From Pedosphaera sp. (GTDB lineage: Bacteria > Verrucomicrobiota > Verrucomicrobiia > Limisphaerales > SIBH01), in the NCBI GenBank assembly GCA_031414955.1, contig JANOQV010000237.1:1-39928 (forward strand): DNA of 39,928 nt, given 5' to 3'. Shown here piece after piece: positions 28,330 to 36,936 of the stretch. The notes under the pieces were generated by a model that saw only the letters and a list, made by a program, of their open reading frames with translations, did not search any database and had not been told where the DNA came from. Position 1 is the first letter of the stretch. Every line of letters starts with the position of its first letter. Both the position numbers and the translations under genes were made by a program.

Positions 28330-29331
28330 TTAAGCTGATTTCGTTTCCGCCTGCTTGTTCTGCTCCACAGCCTCAGACGGTTCGGCCCCGGTTTTTTGAA
28401 CCGCCCCGGAGGCGAGCTTCGCCCGGATCTTGACCAAGAAGGCGGCCAGGCCCGGCGGCAGCAACTGCGTGAGGCTGCGATGCAACTTCAGCGTCAACGC
28501 GAGCCGGCCCTTGACTGTCAGCGGCACAAAGTAGCGCGGGAAGTTCATCTGCTCGAAGCCGTTGCGGCGCTTGAACTCGGCCAGGGGGGTGTTCGGATTG
28601 CTGCCGTAGCTGTACTTCCCGTAAACGAGGTGGGTGATGCCCTTCTGCGAGCAAACCTCCACGGCCTTGGCCAGCAACGCGTTCATGGGACGCTTGTCCT
28701 GGTGGCAATTCATCGAGAGGATTTGAACAATCTCCGCCACCTTGTCCACGTAGATGAGCTTGATGAAGCCAATGAGTTTTCCCTCGAAGAACGCGCCGAT
28801 GAAGTCACTGCGCTCCAGGTAGGTCGCGTTTTCCATCCGCACTGTTTCGAGATCCTTGCCGTAGTGCCAGAACTTCCGGCCCTGGCGGACAGGCGTCTCG
28901 TCGTAAATCGATTTGATGCCCTCGACGAATGCGGTGTTGAACTCCGCCACTTCCAACACCACGCCCCGCTTCGAGGCCCGGCGCGCATTCTTGCGGGACT
29001 CCTGCGGCAGCTTCTTCTCCCACCAGTCCGTGTAATCCACCGTGGAAACGACCGCCGCGTTGTCCCATTCAAAGTAGAGGTCGTGCCTGGGCTTCGTGTG
29101 CGGCACCTTCTGCGCGAAGCTGAGCAGGTCCGCGCCCAATGATCCGCCACGCACGCCTTGCACGAAAGCTTTGGGGTCGCGCACCGGTTCGCCTTCCACC
29201 AGTTCGTCGTCCTTGATCACGGCCAGCTTCAGCCACCGGCCCTTGACGATGACGGTGCGGCCTTCGACTTCGGCAGACACCGTCTTAATGGTTTTGCCCC
29301 GGATGCGGATCTCGGTTTGCTCGGATTTCAT
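28330..29331 (-). CDS. FemAB/GNAT-fold (Acetyltransf_6-like) protein, candidate aminoacyl-tRNA-dependent transferase
   Basis: WWEKKLPQESRKNARRASKRGV resembles the basic helix of Fem-like proteins; GAFFEGKLIGFI; PMNALLAKAVE; C-terminal LAEFKRRNGF matches the FK..xG motif. ATG at 29331. Confidence 0.72.
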   Translation of the reverse strand: MKSEQTEIRIRGKTIKTVSAEVEGRTVIVKGRWLKLAVIKDDELVEGEPVRDPKAFVQGVRGGSLGADLLSFAQKVPHTKPRHDLYFEWDNAAVVSTVDYTDWWEKKLPQESRKNARRASKRGVVLEVAEFNTAFVEGIKSIYDETPVRQGRKFWHYGKDLETVRMENATYLERSDFIGAFFEGKLIGFIKLIYVDKVAEIVQILSMNCHQDKRPMNALLAKAVEVCSQKGITHLVYGKYSYGSNPNTPLAEFKRRNGFEQMNFPRYFVPLTVKGRLALTLKLHRSLTQLLPPGLAAFLVKIRAKLASGAVQKTGAEPSEAVEQNKQAETKSA

Positions 29332-29335
29332 CAAA

Positions 29336-30073
29336 TTACAAAGCCGCGTACGGCGCGAGTCGGAGCCCGCTCATTGTCTGCTCGAACGTGTGGCTCAGCA
29401 GCCAGTTTTTTTCTGTCTCGTGGATGGGATGCGTCATCATCTCCACGTTGGCCGAGCGCGCACTCTCCACCACGCGATTGAGGCGATTGGCCTTCAGGCA
29501 TTCGCCGAGCGAGAAAAAATAATCCGTCAGGCGGTAACGCCGGGCCAGCCGCCGATCCATCCACCCCCGATACGTGCGGTTCAAGGCGCTCTTCTCGCCG
29601 GGCCAGAAGGAAAAGTTCCGACGCACTTTCGCGCCGTTGGGAATCACGTCACCGAAGAGAATATTCGCGCACAGGTGCCGATGCTGATGCCCATCGACGT
29701 GCGTCGGCTCATGACCGAAGAGCCGCACGTACTCGTCCCACTGCGACCGAAAGACGGTCAAAAAGTCCTCCTTCAATTCCGGCCGATAGAGCAGCACGGC
29801 GTACTTGGTCTTGTTCAAGTAGGCACAGAGGCGCTGATGCGCCTCCTCCGCCGCTCCGCCGGGACCGCGTCCGTCGTAGCGCTGGTTGAGATTCAAGTGC
29901 AGGCCGGCATCAACGCCGTGTTCCTTGGCCAATTCCGCCGCGCGTTCTGAATCCGCCATGAAGACCATCGCGCTCACCGAGGTAATCCTGCCGGCGCGAA
30001 AGCATTCCAGTTCCACGTCGGTCTCCGCGCGACAACGTCCCCAGTCGTCGGCGTTGATGATCAGCATGGCCAT
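29336..30073 (-). CDS. ChbG/HpnK (YdjC) family carbohydrate deacetylase
   Basis: LIINADDWG, TSVSAMV, GLHLNL, PTHVDGHQHRH and EMMTHP motifs. Confidence 0.9.
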   Translation of the reverse strand: MAMLIINADDWGRCRAETDVELECFRAGRITSVSAMVFMADSERAAELAKEHGVDAGLHLNLNQRYDGRGPGGAAEEAHQRLCAYLNKTKYAVLLYRPELKEDFLTVFRSQWDEYVRLFGHEPTHVDGHQHRHLCANILFGDVIPNGAKVRRNFSFWPGEKSALNRTYRGWMDRRLARRYRLTDYFFSLGECLKANRLNRVVESARSANVEMMTHPIHETEKNWLLSHTFEQTMSGLRLAPYAAL

Positions 30074-30081
30074 TGAGTGCT

Positions 30082-30981
30082 TCAGTGCGCGGAGGTGGCA
30101 GCCTGACCGCCGCCGAAGAACTTGTTCTTCAGGCGCTTCATTTGTTCATGGCGCCGGAACTTCACCAGTTCATCGGACACGGGACGCTTCTCACGACGCA
30201 GCGCCGACCAGAAGTACCCGGTGAAAATCAACAGGCCGCCGATGATGAACGGCGACTTGGTCATCTGATACGTCGCGCGGAAAATCTCCCAAAGCGGTGA
30301 ACCGCCCAGCGCGTAGTCGAGCTTGCCGACATTAAGCTTCATCTTGAGCGGGCTGTGCTTGGCCGCCCCCATCACACGGTGATGCTCGCAAAACTTCTCG
30401 GTGAAGGTCCGCGTCTGCCAGCCCTTCATGCGTGATGTGATGACCGCGACGTGATCCACTCCCCCGCCCTTCACCGGCACGTAGCCGCCGATATCCGCGA
30501 AGCACTGCCGTCGGAAAAACTGACACGCGCCCGAGACGTGCTCGATGCTGACGAAACGATAGTCATAGCTCTTGCCGTTCTCGCGGAACGGCGTGCCGAC
30601 CAGGCCAAACTTCGGGTTCTCCGCCATTTTCCCGAGCAGAAAGGCGAAATACTCACGGTCAAAGGTGATGTCCGCATCAAGGCTGGCCACGAATTCGTAG
30701 CCGAGGTTTTTCACGCGGTCGAACCCGGCGTTGAAGGCCAGAATTTTCCCGGCGAAATGGCGCTCCTTCCGCTCCGGCATCCGCACCAGTTCAATCCAGT
30801 CGTGCTGCGCCGCGTACTTTTTTACGATGTCATCCGTGCCGTCCGTCGAACCGTCGCTCACGATGACCCACTTCAGCGGCGGAATCGTCTGCGCGACCAT
30901 CGACTGGATGGTCTGCTCGATGAACGTCGCCTCATTGCGCGCGGGCGTAATGACCACGTAGGCATTGCTGGAAGTGCTCAT
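30082..30981 (-). CDS. Glycosyltransferase family 2
   Basis: VITPARNE, VSDGSTDGT, LDADITF and VSGACQFFRR motifs. Confidence 0.92.
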   Translation of the reverse strand: MSTSSNAYVVITPARNEATFIEQTIQSMVAQTIPPLKWVIVSDGSTDGTDDIVKKYAAQHDWIELVRMPERKERHFAGKILAFNAGFDRVKNLGYEFVASLDADITFDREYFAFLLGKMAENPKFGLVGTPFRENGKSYDYRFVSIEHVSGACQFFRRQCFADIGGYVPVKGGGVDHVAVITSRMKGWQTRTFTEKFCEHHRVMGAAKHSPLKMKLNVGKLDYALGGSPLWEIFRATYQMTKSPFIIGGLLIFTGYFWSALRREKRPVSDELVKFRRHEQMKRLKNKFFGGGQAATSAH

Positions 30982-30986
30982 GCGAA

Positions 30987-32201
30987 TCAGGCCGTCACGG
31001 CCTCACGAACCGGCGCGCGCTTCTCAGCAGCGACCAGTTCCTCCGCCAGCGTCGCCAGCGCGAGGAACATCCACGCCTGTGACCAGCGCATGTACGAAGT
31101 GCGAATCGTGCAGTAAGGCAGCTTGCGATAGTAAAAGAACCCGTGCTCGTCGCGCATGTGCTGCATCGCCCAGTCGAACACCGAGCGCGCCCGCGGCACT
31201 CCGCCAGAGTCGAGGTGCTTGAACTCAATCGGTGAAATGATGCTCTGCGCCACGCAATGCACGTCGATGGGATACGTGTTGTTGTGGAAGTAGCGCGGCG
31301 TGCCGTCTTCGAGAAAGAAATGCTTCCGGTAGAAATCATACCCGCGCCGGACCGCGGGCTTGAACTCGTCCGTGCCCGCGCATTCGCCGAGCACACGGAG
31401 GCCGGTCAGGTTGTAGGCCGTGTGAAAGTTGTCGATCCATTGCTGCTTGGGCAGTTCACCGTAGGGCCACGAACCGTCCACCGCCTGCTTCGAGGCCGAC
31501 CAGCGCGCGAGCTCGAGCGCTAGTTCCATGTGACTGCGGTTTCCGGAGAGCCTGGCCACACGCGCCAGCAGCGCCGCACCGAGGAAGTTCGCGTTGTGAA
31601 TTATCGACTTCAACGTGGGCAACGGATAGGCCACTGACGTCACGTCGCCGTCCGTCCAGACCAGCGTCGAAATGTAATCGGCCGCGCTCAAGGCCATGGC
31701 CAGCAGCCGTGGATCCTTCCGCACTTCGTAGAGATCTAGCACGGCGTTGGTGACGAAGATGGTGCAAACGATGTTCGGCGCTCCCACCGGCACGACGATG
31801 GTGCGCGTCTGCCACGGGAAGCTGTAGCCCCAGGCCCAATACGGAACGCCCGGAGAGCGCATTTCGACCAGGCGCTGGGCCATGTAATCGATCAGGCTTT
31901 CGTCTTTGAGCAGCCCGGCCTTCTGTAGCCGGATCAGCCCGAGGAGGAAGAGCGACAGCGCCTTCGAGTTCTGCGTCTTGGGGATGAGCAGCAGCGAACG
32001 CACATTCACCGGACTGCGCTTGAGCACTTGCGTCATCACCAACCGCGGCCAGCGCGAATCGAGGAAGGGCAGCGCCTTGAAGATGCGGCTGTTCAGCGCA
32101 TCATACGGATCGTGCCCGGCCCAGTCGTTGGCCTGGCAATAGGCCAGCAACTTGAGCGTCGCGGACGCCGGATCTTCGACTGTGGTTCGAGCTGAATTCA
32201 T
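30987..32201 (-). CDS. Conserved polysaccharide-locus protein, predicted (alpha/alpha)6 toroid (epimerase/hydrolase-like)
   Basis: DPYDALNS, WGYSFPWQTR, HNAN, DGSWPYGE, WIDNFHTAY, YPIDVH and YMRWSQAWM; helical repeats with aromatic loops. The fold is inferred. Confidence 0.75.
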   Translation of the reverse strand: MNSARTTVEDPASATLKLLAYCQANDWAGHDPYDALNSRIFKALPFLDSRWPRLVMTQVLKRSPVNVRSLLLIPKTQNSKALSLFLLGLIRLQKAGLLKDESLIDYMAQRLVEMRSPGVPYWAWGYSFPWQTRTIVVPVGAPNIVCTIFVTNAVLDLYEVRKDPRLLAMALSAADYISTLVWTDGDVTSVAYPLPTLKSIIHNANFLGAALLARVARLSGNRSHMELALELARWSASKQAVDGSWPYGELPKQQWIDNFHTAYNLTGLRVLGECAGTDEFKPAVRRGYDFYRKHFFLEDGTPRYFHNNTYPIDVHCVAQSIISPIEFKHLDSGGVPRARSVFDWAMQHMRDEHGFFYYRKLPYCTIRTSYMRWSQAWMFLALATLAEELVAAEKRAPVREAVTA

Positions 32202-32218
32202 CTGGTTGGAAACAAATC

Positions 32219-33466
32219 TCAGTGCGCGGCCGTGACCGGCTCGGCCAGTTGCGCGCCCGGCTCGGAAACCCGCACCGCATCGTGCCGAGTGATGTCCTCC
32301 ATCATCTTGAGGTAACGGTCCCTCATTACTTCCCAGCGGATGGGCACGTATTCCTGTTTCGCCTTCGCCGCGAGTTTCGCCTGCAAGGCCTTGTCCTGGT
32401 AAACGCGCACCATCTGCTTCGCCAGATCCGCCGACTGGTTGGGCTCGAAGAAGGCCAACCCCTCCTCACTGAAGTAATGGCGGATGGCCTTCAACCGCGA
32501 GCAGATGACGGCCTTGCCCATGATGATGTATTCGGAAAGCTTGTTGGAAAACGAGAAGTCGAGGAACACGTCGCGCCGGGTGGAGAGCACACCGACATCG
32601 CAGCGATGCAACCATTCCGGAACCGCCTCGGGCCGGACGCTGCCGACAAAACGCACGCGCCCGTCCAGTCCAAGCTTCTTCACCATCGCTTCCAATTCGG
32701 CTTTCTCGGGACCGCCGCCCAAAATCCAAAACTGCGCGCCGGGCATTTCCTTCTGCGCGAGTCCGAACGCCTCGATGGCAATGTCCAGCCCGTAGATGTG
32801 AGTCAGCGTGCCGTGATACATCATCACGAATTCTGGCTGCTCCTCGCCCGGCTTCGATGCTGGCGGCGCGTTCACGACCTTCTCGAAAATCGATTCATCG
32901 ACCGAGTTCATGATCTCAATGGATTTGCCGGGCGTCAGGCCGCGGCTGACCAGCAACTGAGTGATCGGCTCGTTGATGGTGATGACATGGTCCGCGAAAT
33001 CAAAGCTGATCCTCTCGATCCATTTGAGCAGGCCCACCACCAGCGAGTCCTCCTTGATGCCGTACTTTGAGATGTAGAACTCGGGCGTGATCTCGTGCAT
33101 GTCGAAGATGATCTTGGCCCCGCGCCACTTGGCATACAGGCCGGCAAAGACCAGGAAGTCAGGGAGATTGTTCACATCCACCACGGCGTACTGCCGTGAA
33201 CCCATGCGGGCGGACAGCTTGCAAAAGGCCCAGACGAGGAAGGCGAAGTACTCGTAAAAGTAACGGACCAGCGAGCCGCGCTTCTTGCCCAGCGCCACCG
33301 TCTCCACGTTCACGCCGCACAACGTAAAATTCTTGGACTTGGAGAAGGAGGATTCCAGCGCCAGCACATCGACGGTGTATCCGGCGGCGACCAGCGCCTC
33401 GGCCTTGCGCCGCACCCGAATGTCGATCTCGTAGTGGTTTTGCAGCAGTATGCAGACTGATTTCAT
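32219..33466 (-). CDS. Glycosyltransferase family 4
   Basis: Start ATG 33466 overlaps the upstream stop (ATGA). DIRVRRKAEAL, FDMHEITPE, YHGTLTHIYG and NKLSEYIIMGK motifs. Confidence 0.9.
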   Translation of the reverse strand: MKSVCILLQNHYEIDIRVRRKAEALVAAGYTVDVLALESSFSKSKNFTLCGVNVETVALGKKRGSLVRYFYEYFAFLVWAFCKLSARMGSRQYAVVDVNNLPDFLVFAGLYAKWRGAKIIFDMHEITPEFYISKYGIKEDSLVVGLLKWIERISFDFADHVITINEPITQLLVSRGLTPGKSIEIMNSVDESIFEKVVNAPPASKPGEEQPEFVMMYHGTLTHIYGLDIAIEAFGLAQKEMPGAQFWILGGGPEKAELEAMVKKLGLDGRVRFVGSVRPEAVPEWLHRCDVGVLSTRRDVFLDFSFSNKLSEYIIMGKAVICSRLKAIRHYFSEEGLAFFEPNQSADLAKQMVRVYQDKALQAKLAAKAKQEYVPIRWEVMRDRYLKMMEDITRHDAVRVSEPGAQLAEPVTAAH

Positions 33467-35124
33467 TTGCTTGTGGGCGCCTCTTCCAGCACCCGCCCCG
33501 TAGAAATACACAATTCGGAATCGCCCGTCCACGAGACATCTTCCGCCTCCCCGGCGGTGCCAAAGGCCGGCGGACGATGGACCCGCACGGTCAAGGGCGG
33601 ATCAAACCGCTCGCCGCGCGCTTGCAGCTTCACGCCGCCGTCCGCCGCATCGGAAACCGCGAACGTGACCGCGCGCCGCCGGCGAAACCAGCCGACAGCC
33701 TGCGCACCGGAGGCGAACCAGACGTTGAGGGTGCGGAGGTGGCCCACCAGGCGGGCGTAGAAATCCCCCCAGAACCTTTCCGGTCCGTGGCTGCGGTCGT
33801 GCCAGAGCAGGGTCAGCACGCCGCCAAATTTTTCGCTGTTCGCCATCATACGCTCGCAGAGCTTCCACGCCGCCTCGTCGGTCAATCCGAGCCGCTGCGG
33901 GTAGAACAAGGCGCCGTCCTGAATGTGCATCGGCAGTTCCAGCAGGGTGCGTGAGCCGAAAGGCCGGAAGGTCTGCGTGGTGCCGCTGCGATAACCGGGC
34001 GTTTCGTTGTAGCCGGTCGTGGAGTCGTAGGAGTAGCCGGATTCCTCCAGCACGCGAAAGGTGTTCTCGTCGCGCAACAGCCAGTGCATCCGGATGCCGA
34101 TCTGCTTTTCGCCGGTGACGGACGAGACGCGGCGCAATTCCTCGCGGCCCTTCATCACGCTGTGCCAGGCGTCGATGCCGTGAACGCCAATCTCGCAGCC
34201 CGCCTCCATCAACTTCGCCGTCCACTCGGGCATGTCGGTGATGTCGTAGGCGGTGGCGCGGCGCTCGGCGTGGTTCGCCGACACCTTGTCGCCGGCGCGG
34301 CGCTTGAAGGGGATGAGGTAATACGTCGCGGGCAAATCTTTCTCGACTTGCAAATACCACTCGAACGGAATCCAGAAATCTTTCGCCCAACCCAGATAAA
34401 CGAACGGCAGCGAAGCAGCAGCACGCCACACCTTGAGGAGCTTCGAAAAGGACATCCGCCCTTTGATCATTTCGCGCAGCGCGCCAACGGTCGAGCGATA
34501 CAGGAAGCCCCACATCGTGTGATCGAACTTGTGCTGGCGAATGCCAATGAAGTCGATGTCGTGCGTAAGACAGACCGTAAAATCCTTGCCGGCGGGCACG
34601 GGCGGAATTTCCACGAAGGAAATCCCGGCGGCGAGAATCCACTCGCGCAACATGGCGATGTGGATGTCCAGCGCGGGAACCTGCGCGTGCTCGACTGGCT
34701 GCCCGGTGGAGAGGAGGAAGCGGACTTCCTGAAACAAATCGTAACCAAGCCGCAGCACCGTCGAGTCCGGAGCCTGCATCCTGAGACCGGCGATTTCTGA
34801 ATTGCCAGCGAAGCAAACGGCGTCCTTCTTCGCGCCCACGAAAATCAACGCACGACCGTAGAGCGGGAGCGAACTTCCCTGATAATCAATGGCGACGCCG
34901 TGATCCTTGGAGCGTCCGGCCAGTTTGGCTTTGCGGTCCCAGGCGCTCAGTTCCGATCCGTAAACGAGCAGCAGCCGCGCCTCCACGGCGGGAACCTGAT
35001 CTCCGGCGGCGATGACGACATCATACAACCGGCCGGGGTGATAGAATTCCCACGGGGTCTTGAACAACTGGAAGAACTCCTCGACGACCGAGGTTTCGTC
35101 CGCTCTGGTGATGACGCCGATCAT
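33463..35124 (-). CDS. Polysaccharide deacetylase-like protein (CE4/NodB-like C-terminal domain)
   Basis: CLTHDID, EIGVHG, GIRMHWL, YSYDSTTGY, ELPMHIQDG and TLLWH motifs. Confidence 0.82.
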   Translation of the reverse strand: MIGVITRADETSVVEEFFQLFKTPWEFYHPGRLYDVVIAAGDQVPAVEARLLLVYGSELSAWDRKAKLAGRSKDHGVAIDYQGSSLPLYGRALIFVGAKKDAVCFAGNSEIAGLRMQAPDSTVLRLGYDLFQEVRFLLSTGQPVEHAQVPALDIHIAMLREWILAAGISFVEIPPVPAGKDFTVCLTHDIDFIGIRQHKFDHTMWGFLYRSTVGALREMIKGRMSFSKLLKVWRAAASLPFVYLGWAKDFWIPFEWYLQVEKDLPATYYLIPFKRRAGDKVSANHAERRATAYDITDMPEWTAKLMEAGCEIGVHGIDAWHSVMKGREELRRVSSVTGEKQIGIRMHWLLRDENTFRVLEESGYSYDSTTGYNETPGYRSGTTQTFRPFGSRTLLELPMHIQDGALFYPQRLGLTDEAAWKLCERMMANSEKFGGVLTLLWHDRSHGPERFWGDFYARLVGHLRTLNVWFASGAQAVGWFRRRRAVTFAVSDAADGGVKLQARGERFDPPLTVRVHRPPAFGTAGEAEDVSWTGDSELCISTGRVLEEAPTSK

Positions 35125-35129
35125 GCGAA

Positions 35130-35217
35130 GTCTTACGATCCAAGTTCAGCGCCAGTGGCCACGGGGCACGCCGATTGAAACAGCGGCGGCACGCCACCGT
35201 TCGCTGCATGGTTAGGC
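35130..35217 (-). other. attC-like recombination site (88 nt)
   Basis: R'' GCCTAAC, L''-like TGCAGCG, inner arms GGTGGC/GCCACT and GCCG/CGGC, L'-like CGCTGAA, R' GTAAGAC (one mismatch to GTTRRRY). The R''-L'' spacer looks a few nt too short. Confidence 0.7.
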
Positions 35218-35230
35218 GTTGCGGGTGTTG

Positions 35231-35713
35231 TCATTCGTCGTCCTCTGGTAATTCCGGTGTGACTAGATGGACAAGGCCGATAGCGTCGATAACCTTGATG
35301 CCGGGGAAGCGCTCTTGTGGCCGAATCTGACGGTCGATGGCGTTCTTGGTCTGTTCGGAGATGACAATGAGGTATCTGATAAAGTCCCCGGGCTCGTCGG
35401 CGAGTCGCTGCAAGTCGCGCTCGATAGCGCGCTTTTGGGGTCCGCGGAGTGCAACAGTTTCCGATGTGTGAGTTGCCTTGACCTCGGCGATGAGTCGCCG
35501 CGTGCCGTCTGACGCAAAACCCTGAATGTCGATGCCGCCTACGCCCGCTCCACCGTATCGCAAGTCGAGTTCGGGATGGAACGTGCGAAGCTTCTCGATG
35601 GCGATCCATGAAAGCTTATCGTGAATCCGGTTGTTCAGGATGCTCACTGCTTGCTTGAGTGAGATCAGGAACTCGAGTTCGTCCGTGTAAGTCTCAATGA
35701 GCGATTTGGCCAT
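35231..35713 (-). CDS. Cassette-borne hypothetical protein with a PD-(D/E)XK nuclease-like motif (160 aa)
   Basis: ATG 35713. GGIDIQG...LIAEVKAT matches D...ExK. Codon usage is visibly less GC-biased than in neighbouring genes, and it is unrelated to sugar metabolism. Confidence 0.7.
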   Translation of the reverse strand: MAKSLIETYTDELEFLISLKQAVSILNNRIHDKLSWIAIEKLRTFHPELDLRYGGAGVGGIDIQGFASDGTRRLIAEVKATHTSETVALRGPQKRAIERDLQRLADEPGDFIRYLIVISEQTKNAIDRQIRPQERFPGIKVIDAIGLVHLVTPELPEDDE

Positions 35714-35748
35714 ATTTGGAGAGCGCGCTAGCAACGCCTAACATCTGA

Positions 35749-36936
35749 TTAAGCCAACACCGGTTCCGCCTTCACCGCTGCCGGTTGCTTGAAGAAATTG
35801 CACACTGTTTCCACGACGTAGCGCGCCTGCGCTTCCTCCAGTTCCGGATAGACTGGCAGCGCCACCGTCTCCAGCGCCGCGCTTTCGCTGTGCGGGAAGG
35901 TGCCCTTGCCCTGGCCGAGGTAGGCGAAGCATTCCTGCAAGTGCATCGGCACCGGGTAGTAAATCTCCGTGGCGATGCCGGCCTTCTCCATCGCGTTCTT
36001 CAGCGCATCACGCCGCGAGGAGCGGATGATGTACTGGTTGAAGATGTGGCGGTTGGCCGCGGTCTTCGGCAGATAGAGGTCCACGCCATTGGAGCCGCGC
36101 TTGGCGAACTGCGAGCTGTCGGCGATCTTGATCCCGGACTCGGCGAAGAGCTGGTCGTAGCGCGCGGCGTTCTGCTGGCGCGCGGCCGTCCACTTGTCGA
36201 GGTGGCGCAGCTTCACCGAAACGATGGCGCCTTGCAGCGAGTCGAGGCGGAAGTTGCCGCCGATGACCTTGTGATAATACTTGGGCTTCGAGCCGTGGGC
36301 GCGCAGCAAGGCGAGCTTATCCGCGCGCGCGGCGTCGTTGGTCACGACCATGCCGCCGTCGCCGGCGCAGCCGAGATTCTTCGAGGGGAAGAACGAGAGG
36401 CAGCCATAGTGGCCGATGGAACCGGCCCGGCGGCCCTTGTCCTCCGCGCCGATGGCCTGCGCACCGTCCTCGATGACCACGAGATTGTGCTTCTTGGCCA
36501 CCGCCATCACGCCGTCCATGTCGGCCATCTGACCGTAGAGATGCACGGGAATGATGACTTTGGTGCGCGGCGTAATCTTCGCTTCGATCTGCGCCGGGTC
36601 GAGATTGTAGGTCGTGGGATCGATGTCCACGAAGACGGGCTTGGCGCCGAGCCGCGCAATGGCGCCGGCCGTGGCAAAAAACGTGTAGGGCGTGGTGATG
36701 ACTTCATCGCCCGGGCCGACACCCTCGGCCATGAGGCAGATGAGCAGCGCGTCGCTGCCGGACGAAACGCCGACGCCGTGCGCCGCGCCCGAGTATCTGG
36801 CGATGGCCTTTTCGCATTCGACCACCTTCGGCCCGAGAATGAAGTGCTGGGACTCCATGACCTCGGCCACCGCGGCGTCGATTTCCGCCTTGATGGTGTG
36901 GTACTGCGCTTTCAGATCGAGCAAGGGAACATTCAT
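35749..36936 (-). CDS. DegT/DnrJ/EryC1/StrS PLP-dependent sugar aminotransferase (WbpE-like)
   Basis: VPLLDLKAQY, IPVHLYGQ, IEDGAQAIG and SFFPSKNLG (PLP lysine) motifs. Confidence 0.93.
   Translation of the reverse strand: MNVPLLDLKAQYHTIKAEIDAAVAEVMESQHFILGPKVVECEKAIARYSGAAHGVGVSSGSDALLICLMAEGVGPGDEVITTPYTFFATAGAIARLGAKPVFVDIDPTTYNLDPAQIEAKITPRTKVIIPVHLYGQMADMDGVMAVAKKHNLVVIEDGAQAIGAEDKGRRAGSIGHYGCLSFFPSKNLGCAGDGGMVVTNDAARADKLALLRAHGSKPKYYHKVIGGNFRLDSLQGAIVSVKLRHLDKWTAARQQNAARYDQLFAESGIKIADSSQFAKRGSNGVDLYLPKTAANRHIFNQYIIRSSRRDALKNAMEKAGIATEIYYPVPMHLQECFAYLGQGKGTFPHSESAALETVALPVYPELEEAQARYVVETVCNFFKQPAAVKAEPVLA

Larger units (their letters stand above)
35130..35742 (-). mobile_element. Orphan integron gene cassette (one ORF plus attC), apparently inserted at a secondary site
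   Basis: Core site GTTAGGC at 35742-35736 before the ATG. Inverse core GCCTAAC at 35217-35211 after the stop; together they form a 12-bp perfect inverted repeat (35731-35742 vs 35211-35222). An imperfect palindrome TGCAGCG...CGCTGAA ends in G/TAAGAC at 35136-35130. Confidence 0.78.

Noticed and set aside
35133..35609. 158-aa minus-strand ORF overlapping the cassette gene and attC
   Set aside because: It is an alternative frame with Arg-rich composition that runs through the attC. The 35231-35713 frame fits the cassette boundaries.
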